Source of the DNA: Pseudomonadota bacterium
Lineage (GTDB): Bacteria; Pseudomonadota; Alphaproteobacteria; UBA2136; UBA6156
Assembly (NCBI GenBank): GCA_016125035.1
Contig: WGMN01000002.1
Coordinates: 17,790 to 81,789 of the forward strand
Direction: 5' to 3'
Length of the DNA: 64,000 nucleotides
The notes under the pieces are model-generated. The model saw nothing but the letters and a program-made list of their open reading frames with translations, had not been told where the DNA came from and did no database searches. Position numbers and translations under genes: made by a program. Position 1 is the stretch's first letter. Every line of letters begins with the position of its first letter. This document shows, piece by piece, positions 30,314 through 39,320 of the stretch.

Positions 30314-31099
30314 CTAATTCTGCGAAAGTTTGGTGATTTCTTCCTTCACCAGCCCGTTCACCACATCCGCCAGGTGCTCTTGCAGCCACTCCTGCACCAA
30401 GGGGCGTAACGCCATCGCCAATATCTCCGCCGGCAAGGCTACCTTCATGCCTTCCACACTGTCCATCATTTGGGCACTCACCGCCGCTCCATTGGTGGGC
30501 TTAAGCTCTACAGGCGCGGCACTGGCTTCAACAACCTGCTCAACATCATCATCTTCCAGCAAAGCTTTCTTTTGCTCTTCCGCGGCGGCCAAGGTCTTTT
30601 CCTGGTCCTGAGAAATCTGCGCCAGAAGTTTATCAAACTCGTCGGCACTTTCCCCGCCTTGGGCAGGCGCCTCTTTCTTTTCCGCAGGTTGGGGGGCGGC
30701 CTCCGCGGTTGGCGCTTGCGGCTTGGGCTCTTCCTGGGGCGCGGCAACCTCAACCTTGGGCTCAGGGGCGGGCGCGGCTTCCGTGGGCGCTGGCGGGTTC
30801 TCTCCCAACAAGTCTTCCTGGGCGGCATTCACTTTTTGGGCATCGGCAACTTTAGCCTCACCGCTGCTGGCAAAGGCGGCAATATCCACCAGGTCATCCT
30901 CACCTGCTTCCTCAGCTTTGGCGGGCACCGAAGCCGGCACTTCCACCATTTCCTCCGAGGTCAATTCAAGCACGTCATCTTGTTCGGCCGCTGCATCAAT
31001 CAAGTCTTTGCTCCCGCCGCCCACCTTGGCAGTTTCCTCGGCCAGCGTGGTACGGATTGAGGAGATGATGTCCTCCATCTCAGCCTGCTGGGCAACCAT
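30314..31099 (-). CDS. popZ: DUF2497 / PopZ-like polar organising protein
   Basis: The conserved N-terminal MEDIISSIRTTLAEE resembles the MEEILASIRRII of PopZ. It is followed by an acidic Pro/Ala-rich linker and a conserved C-terminal helical domain. The gene sits next to valS, as popZ does in Caulobacter. Confidence 0.6.
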   Translation of the reverse strand: MVAQQAEMEDIISSIRTTLAEETAKVGGGSKDLIDAAAEQDDVLELTSEEMVEVPASVPAKAEEAGEDDLVDIAAFASSGEAKVADAQKVNAAQEDLLGENPPAPTEAAPAPEPKVEVAAPQEEPKPQAPTAEAAPQPAEKKEAPAQGGESADEFDKLLAQISQDQEKTLAAAEEQKKALLEDDDVEQVVEASAAPVELKPTNGAAVSAQMMDSVEGMKVALPAEILAMALRPLVQEWLQEHLADVVNGLVKEEITKLSQN

Positions 31100-31101
31100 G
31101 G

Positions 31102-31175
31102 GTGTGTGTTCTCCGGCAACTTCTTGGTTTTGTTTCGTTAGCGCTAACGTCTAACATAGCGGAACACACTTGGCA
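31102..31175. repeat. nested inverted repeat (outer GTGTGTTCTCCG / CGGAACACAC enclosing perfect palindrome CGTTAGCGCTAACG)
   Basis: It lies between the popZ-like start and the holin stop. Confidence 0.7.
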
Positions 31176-31227
31176 AAAGCTACCGCAGCTTTTTCAATCC
31201 CCCTTCCCCCTGTGGCCCCCTTGCCGC

Positions 31228-31638
31228 TTAGGCCCTTCCCCCCTTTTCAAACGGGCGGAAACCAAACCAAAAGGCCAAAATCCCGGCCACAATCGCATAA
31301 TCTTCAGCCCCCAGGTCAATGCCCGCAACCCGCGCATACACGTACCAGAGAAATGCGGTAAAGGTAATCACCGGCCGCACCATGCCCCGGCACAGGTTCA
31401 CAACCGGCGGCATCGGCACACTGTTCATCGCGGTGTCGTGCTCACGTGCCTTGTCTATTTCGCCCATCAGCACCTGCATGGCCTTTTCGTCTTTCATCAG
31501 GTAGGCCTCCACCGCATCTCCCACTTTGCCCACCACCGTTTCGCTCACACCACTGTCCTTGGCCACATCGGCCTTGCGGCTCCTGAACACCTCAATCAGC
31601 CCGGCCAGTAAAGGCACCAGATAAGCAATCGCGTTCAC
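31228..31638 (-). CDS. putative 3-TM holin
   Basis: The 136 aa product has three hydrophobic helices (AIAYLVPLLAGLIEVF, VITFTAFLWYVYARVAGI and YAIVAGILAFWFGF). It overlaps the amidase stop by 4 nt. Confidence 0.5.
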   Translation of the reverse strand: MNAIAYLVPLLAGLIEVFRSRKADVAKDSGVSETVVGKVGDAVEAYLMKDEKAMQVLMGEIDKAREHDTAMNSVPMPPVVNLCRGMVRPVITFTAFLWYVYARVAGIDLGAEDYAIVAGILAFWFGFRPFEKGGRA

Positions 31639-32009
31639 GGCAACACCTCCCGCACCTCAAAGTTGGGGCAGGTCTTGTGGGGGTTGAAGTCCCGGTGCCC
31701 ATAAAAAGCAATGCCGGGGAACATCCCCGCCAACATGGCATGCACGCGCTTCAACGCAGCAAACTGGCCCGCGCTAAACTGGTCAACCCCCACCAGGCAG
31801 GTGCCCACACTGTCCAGGTTATGCCCTTCGCAGTGAGCGCCCACTACATCCAGGGTGCGCCCCACCTCAATCTCGCCATCGGTGCGGATAACAAAATGGT
31901 AGCCAATGTCATGCCACCCGCGCGCAATATGCCAGCGCCTTATCTCCGCCACATCGCCGTGCGTACTATCACTGCAGTGGATAATATGCTTGGTAATCAC
32001 TCGCATCAT
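31635..32009 (-). CDS. N-acetylmuramoyl-L-alanine amidase (PGRP / Amidase_2, T7-lysozyme-like endolysin)
   Basis: It carries the zinc ligands HCSDS...GWHDIGYHFVI...GHRDFNPHKTCPNF. Confidence 0.85.
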   Translation of the reverse strand: MMRVITKHIIHCSDSTHGDVAEIRRWHIARGWHDIGYHFVIRTDGEIEVGRTLDVVGAHCEGHNLDSVGTCLVGVDQFSAGQFAALKRVHAMLAGMFPGIAFYGHRDFNPHKTCPNFEVREVLP

Positions 32010-32010
32010 C

Positions 32011-32175
32011 CTACCCTTTCAAAATACCCCAGATAAACCCAACCGCTCCCGCCAGGGCCGAGAGCCCCCACGCCGCGCCCACCACAAAGCCGCGGTAATG
32101 CCCCATATCCTCGCGCAATTGGGCAATGTCGCCGCGTATCGCGCGCAGCTCTTCCACAATTCCTTCCACATCCAT
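32011..32175 (-). CDS. 54-aa protein with C-terminal TM helix (possible holin/antiholin-like lysis accessory)
   Basis: Own translation gives MDVEGIVEELRAIRGDIAQLREDMGHYRGFVVGAAWGLSALAGAVGFIWGILKG. Its stop is 1 nt before the amidase ATG. It is below the track size cut-off. Confidence 0.4.
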   Translation of the reverse strand: MDVEGIVEELRAIRGDIAQLREDMGHYRGFVVGAAWGLSALAGAVGFIWGILKG

Positions 32176-32245
32176 GTCATTCACTTTCGCTTGTTATACG
32201 GGCAGTTGTCTTGCTTGACGGCTGGGCAACAGCTAAGTTGAACCC

Positions 32246-32791
32246 ATGAGCTCAAGCAAACCCGGCCAGCCTGAAGGCGTGGAAAAAACCATTACCGCCA
32301 CTGCGCCGCTTACGCCGCAGCGCTACAACATCCTGCTCACCCGGCACGGAGAGGAAATCGACTTCGACTTCCCCCCCGCCACTGCCGACCTCATCACCCG
32401 CTTCGGCTACCTCGTCCCGCACGATGTCCGCTGCAAACCCGGCCTGGTGCAGAATGAGGAAGATCTCTACGCCATGCTCGAGGCCGTGCTCGGCCGCGGT
32501 TACCGCGGCAACCTGGCCTACCACACGCGCAAGCAGGTCATCATTTCGCTGCACGATACCGCCATCCTCGGCTACCAGCGCCAATCCATCATCGATCCCC
32601 GCCTCTCCAACGAGGTCGCCTTTTTCTGGGAGATCTACCTCGACCAACGCATCTTCCCCCAATCGCAGGAGGAAGACTGGCAAAACCTTCTCGGCGAGCT
32701 CGTCACCAACGAGAAGACCGACCCGGAGGCCGATAAAAAACTCGCCGAAGACATCAAAAACCGCCTGCTCGACCAAGCCAAGGAAGACTAA
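32246..32791 (+). CDS. hypothetical protein (opposite-strand ORF inside phage-like cluster)
   Basis: The 181 aa ORF has strongly GC-biased third positions. Its stop overlaps the stop of the convergent 32788..33174 ORF (CTAA). Confidence 0.5.
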   Translation: MSSSKPGQPEGVEKTITATAPLTPQRYNILLTRHGEEIDFDFPPATADLITRFGYLVPHDVRCKPGLVQNEEDLYAMLEAVLGRGYRGNLAYHTRKQVIISLHDTAILGYQRQSIIDPRLSNEVAFFWEIYLDQRIFPQSQEEDWQNLLGELVTNEKTDPEADKKLAEDIKNRLLDQAKED

Positions 32792-33174
32792 TTTCCTCCC
32801 GGCGCGGCAGCCGGCGCAGCTCCGCTTCCCAGCAGAGACTCCAACTCCTTAATCAGGTCATCCATGCGCAGCACCTGCACATGGCCGTCACTTGCCTTTA
32901 GCGTCAAGGCTTGCCCGTCGCCGCTCAACTGCAGGTCCACCAGCTTGGGGTGCAGCTGCAAGGCATTCCAGGCCATCATCGCCTGGCGGTTTTTTCCGTC
33001 CAGCAGCAGGCCCACTATCGTTTGCAGGCTCTCGGCGTTGTTCTTTATTTTCTCCATGTTCCCCTGCTGCTCTTGCAGGTATGCCACCACACTTTCCTTC
33101 CATGGCCGATAAACTTCGTCGCGCCATTGCGCCACGGTCATCTTGGCCGCCGCCTGGTTTTTCACTTCATTCAT
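32788..33174 (-). CDS. hypothetical phage protein
   Basis: The 128 aa product is tightly packed with its neighbours. Confidence 0.45.
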   Translation of the reverse strand: MNEVKNQAAAKMTVAQWRDEVYRPWKESVVAYLQEQQGNMEKIKNNAESLQTIVGLLLDGKNRQAMMAWNALQLHPKLVDLQLSGDGQALTLKASDGHVQVLRMDDLIKELESLLGSGAAPAAAPGGN

Positions 33175-33186
33175 GGCTTTTCCTCC

Positions 33187-33957
33187 CTATCGTCCAAACA
33201 GGCTGCCAAGCAGCGTGCCCGCCACGCCGCCCACCGGGCCGCCCAGCGCTGTTCCCACGGTGCCGCCCAGGGTTCGTCCCAGGCCGCCGCCAAAGGCATT
33301 GCCAAAGGCGGTGCCCCCGCTGCCTTGCGCGTTGTAATAATCCAGCAGGCTCGCCTGCCGTTGCAGGTTCATCGCGCTCATCTGGCTTTGCTGCTGCGTC
33401 GCTGCCTGCTGGGTCTTGGCTGCGTTTACGCTGTTGGTGGAAGACGCCAGGTTGTACAAGTTCTGCTGCAAAGCCAACTTGTCGCTGCGCACCTGGTTGG
33501 CCAGCTCATCTTTTTGCAGCTGCAGGTTTTGTTCGGTTGTCTGCTGGTCCAGGCTGCGCTTCCGGCGCACCTCCAACGCGGCGGATGAATCGCTCAACCC
33601 GCGCTGCGCCAAACTCTGCTCCTCTTGCTGTGTCCGTGCGCGCGCCTGGTCTGCCAGCAGTTTCTCCTGCACCCCCTGCCATTGGTCCAGCACCTTCTGC
33701 GTGTCGGCATCGGGCGTATACCCGGTGGCAGAAAGCTCCTGGATCTGCGCCAAACTGTCCTGCATAATTTTATCCAGCTCGTCCTTTTGCGCCTGCTGGT
33801 CAGCGGTCAGGGGTATGCTCTTTGTCACATAGGTCACGCTGCCGTCGGCGTTTGTCACCGGCACCTGCTCCACCCCGTTCACCTCGTCGCGCAAGGTGCT
33901 TGGCGGCGGGGCGGGCGGGGCACTGGGCTGCTTCACACTGCCAAAAATACTTCCCAT
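33187..33957 (-). CDS. hypothetical phage structural/ejection-type protein (Q-rich coiled coil + Gly-rich C-terminus)
   Basis: The 256 aa product has a C-terminal GSGGTAFGNAFGGGLGRTLGGTVGTALGGPVGGVAG glycine-zipper-like tail. Confidence 0.45.
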   Translation of the reverse strand: MGSIFGSVKQPSAPPAPPPSTLRDEVNGVEQVPVTNADGSVTYVTKSIPLTADQQAQKDELDKIMQDSLAQIQELSATGYTPDADTQKVLDQWQGVQEKLLADQARARTQQEEQSLAQRGLSDSSAALEVRRKRSLDQQTTEQNLQLQKDELANQVRSDKLALQQNLYNLASSTNSVNAAKTQQAATQQQSQMSAMNLQRQASLLDYYNAQGSGGTAFGNAFGGGLGRTLGGTVGTALGGPVGGVAGTLLGSLFGR

Positions 33958-33961
33958 CGTT

Positions 33962-34423
33962 CTAGTCCTCCTGTTTGCTCTTCAAGCGCCGCGGCATGGT
34001 GCGCGGCGTCATTGCCAGTATCGGCTCCTTCACATCCAGCGCGGTGGCGGGCACAAAGCCTGCCTGCAACGCAGCGTGCAGGGCCTTCTTGTTCTTCGGC
34101 TGCACCCACACGCAGCGCAACTTCAACACCTCAAAAGCCAGCCTGAACAACTCTCTCAACACTCCCGGCGTGGCCCACATGCCCTGGCTGTTGGCACGGC
34201 AGATCACATCAAAGAACGCAATCCCCTCCTCCGCCTCGCCAAACACAAAGCCCGCGGCAAGCTCACTGCCGTGCAGCAATCCGTACAGGCTGGATTTTTC
34301 AAAATACGGCTTGGCCTTGTCATACCTGTCCGGCACGTCGGGGAAGTTCCTGGCCACCATCAGCCGATACAACTCAGGCCAATGCGCACGCCCCAGCGCC
34401 ATCACCTCACAATTTTTCATCAT
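33962..34423 (-). CDS. hypothetical phage protein
   Basis: The 153 aa product lies immediately after the tail-fibre gene. Confidence 0.4.
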   Translation of the reverse strand: MMKNCEVMALGRAHWPELYRLMVARNFPDVPDRYDKAKPYFEKSSLYGLLHGSELAAGFVFGEAEEGIAFFDVICRANSQGMWATPGVLRELFRLAFEVLKLRCVWVQPKNKKALHAALQAGFVPATALDVKEPILAMTPRTMPRRLKSKQED

Positions 34424-34428
34424 CCACC

Positions 34429-35727
34429 TCAGGTTTTAATCACGTAGTTCAACATCAGGGCGGGCGGCATGTTCTGGCTGTTGCCGCTGCCGCTGTTGGC
34501 AAGGCCTATCCCGGTGGTGGCCACCGCCGTGTTGGAAGGGTCGGCACTAGAGTTGGTGGTCTGCGAATTATCCCACGACTTATACCCCCCGGAAGACCCA
34601 TTCCACTTGTAAAGCTGCGCACCAAAACTCGCGGTAGAAGTACTGGTCTGCCCGTGCGCGTGCCCGGGGTCGGTTACCGTGTGGGTATGCTGGTGCATGC
34701 TTTGGCTGCCCCCGCTGGCACCCAGGCTGCTGCCGTTAATACCGCTCACCCCGCTGGTCACCCGGCTGGCTGCCGTGCCGCCCATGTTATCGGTGCCGAA
34801 TACACTGCGCCCGCGCAAGTCCGGCAACGTAAAGGTGGTGGAACCATCCCCCGCACCAAAGGCGGTCCCCACCACCGCAAACAAGCCCGCATAGGTGGTG
34901 CGGCTCACGTTCTGGCCGTAGCACATCAACCAGCCGCTGGGCGCGCTGGCGCCGGCAAAGGGCATCACCGCTCCGGCAGGCATGGTCAGCAGGCTCAGCA
35001 GGCCGCCGGTCAGCTGCGCGGTGTCCACACTGGCGGCGGCCAGGCCGCTCACCCCGGCGGTATTAATCCGCGCCACCTCGCTGCCGGCGCAAAGCACCAC
35101 CAGGTCGTTGCTGTCTGCCTGCAAGCTGTAATCCACACTTGCCCCGGCCACCACCACACCATCACTGCGGCGCGGCATGTTGCCCAACCTGCCACTGGTC
35201 ACCGGCCCGTAACCCACCTGGGTCGGCGCCGCCGCAATCACCGCGGCGGCCCCGCTTTCGTCCACCAGCCCGGTCAGGGTCACGGTGGTCAAACCACCGG
35301 CATAAGCGGCACTCACCACATCCCCCATCAGCGGCACACCGCTCACCGTCACCTGCACGCGGCGGTTGGCACGGTAAATGGCGGTAAAATCTCCACCACT
35401 CATGCTAAACGCACTGTCACTCACCCGCGCCAGGGTGCCCGCGCCTGCCTGCACAATCCACTCGTCCAGCGCCCCGGCGGTCGAGAACTTCAACGTCCCG
35501 TCACTGTTCAAAGCCACATTCAACCGCTCGGCAATGCTGCTGCGCGAGCCGCTGGCCTCATCGATCGCATTCAGCGCATCCACCACATAGTTCATGTCGC
35601 CATCCACCTTGGTCGAGGATATCGCCCGCTTCGGCACAGCGGTGGAATCGTCACGGTACTTGCTGCGGTTGGCCAAACCGCTTGCGCCGCTGTAATCGCC
35701 GCTCGGCCGTTGATATTTCGTCGTCAT
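34429..35727 (-). CDS. tail fibre protein with C-terminal phage tail-collar domain
   Basis: The C-terminus PFAGASAPSGWLMCYGQNVSRTTYAGLFAVVGTAFGAGDGSTTFTLPDLRGRSVFG matches the tail-collar (Collar) domain. Confidence 0.7.
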   Translation of the reverse strand: MTTKYQRPSGDYSGASGLANRSKYRDDSTAVPKRAISSTKVDGDMNYVVDALNAIDEASGSRSSIAERLNVALNSDGTLKFSTAGALDEWIVQAGAGTLARVSDSAFSMSGGDFTAIYRANRRVQVTVSGVPLMGDVVSAAYAGGLTTVTLTGLVDESGAAAVIAAAPTQVGYGPVTSGRLGNMPRRSDGVVVAGASVDYSLQADSNDLVVLCAGSEVARINTAGVSGLAAASVDTAQLTGGLLSLLTMPAGAVMPFAGASAPSGWLMCYGQNVSRTTYAGLFAVVGTAFGAGDGSTTFTLPDLRGRSVFGTDNMGGTAASRVTSGVSGINGSSLGASGGSQSMHQHTHTVTDPGHAHGQTSTSTASFGAQLYKWNGSSGGYKSWDNSQTTNSSADPSNTAVATTGIGLANSGSGNSQNMPPALMLNYVIKT

Positions 35728-37466
35728 TGCTCAGCCACTCCATATAGTTTCAATCCAAACAGCGTCAGCGGCCCGTCGGTGGAGCCACTCTCCACCGCAT
35801 AAGCCAAAGCCTCCGCCACCACGTGGTCCCGCGCCACCGGCAACACCGTTTCGCTGCTGTCCCACAACCCTTCTTCCCACTCGCTGGTGTCCCACAGGTC
35901 GGGCACACTGGGCGGCAGCAAACTCATCACCGCCGGGTTGGCTTCGTCGTAATCGCGGTAACGCCTCACCGTCAGCGTCGGCTTGCTGCCCGGCGCCACC
36001 AGCAACTCCACATACTTTCCGGCCCAACGCTTGCCTTTGCCTGGGCTCAGCCACGGCAACCACCAACGCGTCTGCACCGCTTCGCCGTCATCGCTCCACA
36101 CCGTTTCGTCATAGGCATAAAGCTGGCCTCCCTTGGCCAGATAAAGCACCCCGCTGGGCGCCGTATGCGCACCGCTCACCCCCGCAAAGGCTCCATCAAA
36201 CACCACCCAGCCCTTGCCAAAGGCGCCCACCTGCCACACCAGCGTGCGGTCACTCATCGCCACTCCCAGCCAACCTTGCACGTCGTGGTGCATGGGCACC
36301 ACCCGCCGGTAAAGTTCGTCATCCGCCATCACCGCCGCCACCAGCTCGGTCACTGTCGGGTCAAGCTCGGCCCCCACATCGCTCACATCAAGCTGCTCGG
36401 TCTGCACCGTGCGCGAGAGGGTCCGCGCCCCCCCGCGCGTAAAAAACAGCAGGTCGTTGGGCAGCTCCAGCACCGCATCGCGGTGCATCACCCCCAGCGG
36501 AATAGTCTTGCTCCACGCAAAATCCCCCTCCGCATCCGGCACGCTGCCGGTCCACAACTGCATCTGGTGGCGCCCCAAAAACACGGTAATATTATCCTTC
36601 ACCGCCATCGCCATCAACTCATCGGCCACACCGGCCTTATCGGCCAGGTTAATGCTTGGCACCACGCCGGTTTCGGTATCCGGCCACGCGGTGTGGTCGT
36701 TCACCCCAAACGTGTAATACACCCGCAACCTGTCCACATCACCACTCATCACACGGCTGGGCGCCCCGGTGCCAAAGCCCCACAAGCGGTCATGCGCCAC
36801 GGCCAGATAAGCCACCCTCGGCGGCTTCACCGTAAAAGCCACGGCACTCAACGTGCTGTCCAGCACCCCCGCGTCCAGCGTCACCGTCACCACACCAGCA
36901 CTGGTGCTCACAGCGCTCACCAGCGCCGTCACCTCACCGCTGTCCAGCGTCGCCCGCACGGTGCTCCCAACCGGGTAGAACACCTCATCGCTCTCAATGG
37001 AAAACTGCGCCGCCCCAACATAGGCCAACCCCGCCGCAACATCTGTCACCATGGTCGCAACCACGCTCCAACTTGCACCGTCATAGGCCAGCACATCATC
37101 CACGCCATTGCACAGCAGCAGCTTTCCGGCAAAGCTCACCGTGCGCACCGCCCCACTGGGGTCCAGGCCGCTGTAAATCTCCTCCCAGCCATCACCATCT
37201 TGCCGATAAATCTTCCCCGCATCGCTCACCACCAGCAGCTGGTATCCGCCACTGGCCATAAAGCCGGTCACCGCCACAATCGCTTCACCATCCAGGGCAT
37301 CGCCCACACGCACCACACCGTTGCGCTTGCTGCCGGCGCCATCGCTGCCCATCAACATGTTGCGCACTTCACGCGCAAAGGTGCTGGGCATGGTCAGCGC
37401 GCTGCGCGCTGTGCTCATCAACCCGTTGGGGAAGGGCGCCACCACCGTGCTCAAATCGCTCTTCAT
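35724..37466 (-). CDS. hypothetical phage tail protein (580 aa)
   Basis: An AAGGAG RBS lies 7 nt upstream of the ATG. Its position between the capsid and the fibre suggests a tail tubular/nozzle component. Confidence 0.5.
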   Translation of the reverse strand: MKSDLSTVVAPFPNGLMSTARSALTMPSTFAREVRNMLMGSDGAGSKRNGVVRVGDALDGEAIVAVTGFMASGGYQLLVVSDAGKIYRQDGDGWEEIYSGLDPSGAVRTVSFAGKLLLCNGVDDVLAYDGASWSVVATMVTDVAAGLAYVGAAQFSIESDEVFYPVGSTVRATLDSGEVTALVSAVSTSAGVVTVTLDAGVLDSTLSAVAFTVKPPRVAYLAVAHDRLWGFGTGAPSRVMSGDVDRLRVYYTFGVNDHTAWPDTETGVVPSINLADKAGVADELMAMAVKDNITVFLGRHQMQLWTGSVPDAEGDFAWSKTIPLGVMHRDAVLELPNDLLFFTRGGARTLSRTVQTEQLDVSDVGAELDPTVTELVAAVMADDELYRRVVPMHHDVQGWLGVAMSDRTLVWQVGAFGKGWVVFDGAFAGVSGAHTAPSGVLYLAKGGQLYAYDETVWSDDGEAVQTRWWLPWLSPGKGKRWAGKYVELLVAPGSKPTLTVRRYRDYDEANPAVMSLLPPSVPDLWDTSEWEEGLWDSSETVLPVARDHVVAEALAYAVESGSTDGPLTLFGLKLYGVAEQ

Positions 37467-37478
37467 TTTCCATCTCCT

Positions 37479-38114
37479 TCAAACCAAGGCATAGGGCTCA
37501 ACCCGCAACACCTCACCGGTGTTGGTCAATAGTGAAAGCTTCACCCGCTCTTTCGCCTCCGCCCAATTGCGCTGATAAAGCAGCAGCTCGCCCTGGGTGC
37601 CAAACCCGCGCTCAAACAGGCTGCTCCACACCATGCCACCCCACACCAGTGCGTGGTGGTGGGCTTTGGGCAGCAAAATGCTCGCCTCGCTGCCATCTTC
37701 CGCCAGGTCGCTCACCGCGGGCACATACAGCACGCTCAGGTTCGCCACCCCGGCCGGATGCACCGTCAGCACCGCCCCATCCACCGTGCACCGCTGCGGG
37801 CTGCCGCTGGCATTTCCCATCGGGTCCACATCCAAAATAACTGCCGGGCTCACCACTTCCAGGCTTGTGCCTGTGCCTTTGTCCACCACACGCAAAGTGC
37901 GGTAGGGCGTGCTCGCCAACGTCACCGTTCCGGCAATACTGGTGCTCACACTTTCCAGCCGCTGCAAACTGGGCGGAAGATAAGCCACCACTTCGTCCAT
38001 CAACTCGTGGTAGGCCGCATTCAGCCAGCCAATGGCCTTGCTTTCCACTTCGCCGTCCACGGCGGTGTCGTGGCTCAATTCCACAATCCGGTCGCGTATG
38101 CCGTTCACATCCAT
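37479..38114 (-). CDS. hypothetical phage tail/adaptor protein (~211 aa)
   Basis: The internal start MDVNGIRDRIVEL lies 9 nt after GGAGG. It is the first gene after the capsid terminator. Confidence 0.5.
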   Translation of the reverse strand: MDVNGIRDRIVELSHDTAVDGEVESKAIGWLNAAYHELMDEVVAYLPPSLQRLESVSTSIAGTVTLASTPYRTLRVVDKGTGTSLEVVSPAVILDVDPMGNASGSPQRCTVDGAVLTVHPAGVANLSVLYVPAVSDLAEDGSEASILLPKAHHHALVWGGMVWSSLFERGFGTQGELLLYQRNWAEAKERVKLSLLTNTGEVLRVEPYALV

Positions 38115-38129
38115 CCCGCCATCCTCCAA

Positions 38130-38167
38130 ATTTCCAAAACAAAAAGAAGGGGGCATAAGCCCCCTTC
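38130..38167 (-). terminator. intrinsic terminator downstream of major capsid gene
   Basis: The minus-strand hairpin GAAGGGGGC-TTAT-GCCCCCTTC is followed by TTTTTGTTTTGG. Confidence 0.65.
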
Positions 38168-38189
38168 CCTCACAGCCTTAGGCTTTCAC

Positions 38190-39227
38190 TTAGTCAGCCA
38201 CACCAGCCGTAAACAGGTGCACAACACCGTGGTCAACGCTGTTAAACACCAGCTTGTCCACACCGCGGATCTCATCAATGGCAAAGCCGTTCTGGTGGCC
38301 GTAGTCATCAATGTCTTCCTTGTAGTTGGTGCGCTTGCCGTAGGCCAGTGCGCAGGCTTGCGCGCCGCACAACACGTTGTGGGCCACGTCAATGCTGCCC
38401 GCCCCGGCGCCGCTCACCAACGGCATCTCGGTTTCAAAGATCATCACCCCGTCCCACATGCCTTTATAGCGCTGCCCATGCACCAGCACGCTGTCGCCAA
38501 AGGTGGTCGGAATGTACGTGTTCAGCGCTTTAAAGTCGGCATCCGCCAGCAGGTCGCGCACCGCGTATGAATGTGCAAACAGCACATATACCTCTTCCAC
38601 CTTGTTGCCATCCTTCAGCATAAAGGGGCGCACCTTGCGGTCGCCTTCCAGCAACGCTTTGCGCTTGGCCTTGCTAATTGCCGTGGTGGTCAGCTTATCG
38701 TTGGTGGCATCCACGTTGGCCAGCGCGGTGGCGTGCGTGGCGTTCCAGTTGCCGTCGGTGGCACCGTAAAGGTAACGGCTGCGATCACGGCCGCTGCTGG
38801 TATCGGTCAGCGCGGTCACAATGTCACTGCGCAGCTTGTCGGCCGCCCAGTCCACCAGGGCTTCACGGGCCTGGTTGCGCAGGTCAAAGGCCACACGCTT
38901 TTCACTCATCTCACCACGCAGGGCCACCGCATGGCGCAGGGTGTCCACCACCAGGCGCTGGTCGTAAAACACCAGGTCTTCCTCAGCCCCTTTCAACACG
39001 GTGTTGCCGCTCACGCCGGCACCACTCAGTTTGGCCCGCAGCTGCACGGTAATGGCATCACCGGGCGCCTTGGTCAGTTCCTCTTTCACCTGGATGATAT
39101 TACCGCTCCCGGTGCCCATAAAGGTGAAGAACGGGTTCTGGCCGAGATACTCGGCAAACACCTCATTGCTCCACTGCTCGGCACTCACGCCATGCGTGGT
39201 GTCGATCGTCGGTACAAACGTCGTCAT
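38190..39227 (-). CDS. putative major capsid protein
   Basis: The 345 aa ORF follows the scaffold and portal genes in T7-like order and is flanked by terminators. No secure motif was found; assignment is by position and size. Confidence 0.55.
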   Translation of the reverse strand: MTTFVPTIDTTHGVSAEQWSNEVFAEYLGQNPFFTFMGTGSGNIIQVKEELTKAPGDAITVQLRAKLSGAGVSGNTVLKGAEEDLVFYDQRLVVDTLRHAVALRGEMSEKRVAFDLRNQAREALVDWAADKLRSDIVTALTDTSSGRDRSRYLYGATDGNWNATHATALANVDATNDKLTTTAISKAKRKALLEGDRKVRPFMLKDGNKVEEVYVLFAHSYAVRDLLADADFKALNTYIPTTFGDSVLVHGQRYKGMWDGVMIFETEMPLVSGAGAGSIDVAHNVLCGAQACALAYGKRTNYKEDIDDYGHQNGFAIDEIRGVDKLVFNSVDHGVVHLFTAGVAD

Positions 39228-39248
39228 TCATGTTCTCTTTCGTTCATT

Positions 39249-39270
39249 AAAAAAACCGCCTCCCGGCGGC
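39249..39270 (-). terminator. intrinsic terminator between scaffold and capsid genes
   Basis: The minus-strand hairpin GGCGG-GGGA-CCGCC is followed by TTTTTTT. Confidence 0.6.
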
Positions 39271-39273
39271 ACA

Positions 39274-39320
39274 CCAGTCACTGTTCACTGGTCACTGTTC
39301 ACTATTAACTGTTCACTAAC
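39274..39320. repeat. heptamer tandem array (CACTGTT)x6 in capsid-gene leader
   Basis: The sequence reads cactgtt cactggt cactgtt cactatt aactgtt cactaac. Confidence 0.85.

Noticed and set aside
31102-31227. Direct repeats marking prophage att sites at the cluster borders (31.1 kb versus 46.4 kb).
   Set aside because: No shared motif of 12 bp or longer could be found between the two junction regions by eye.
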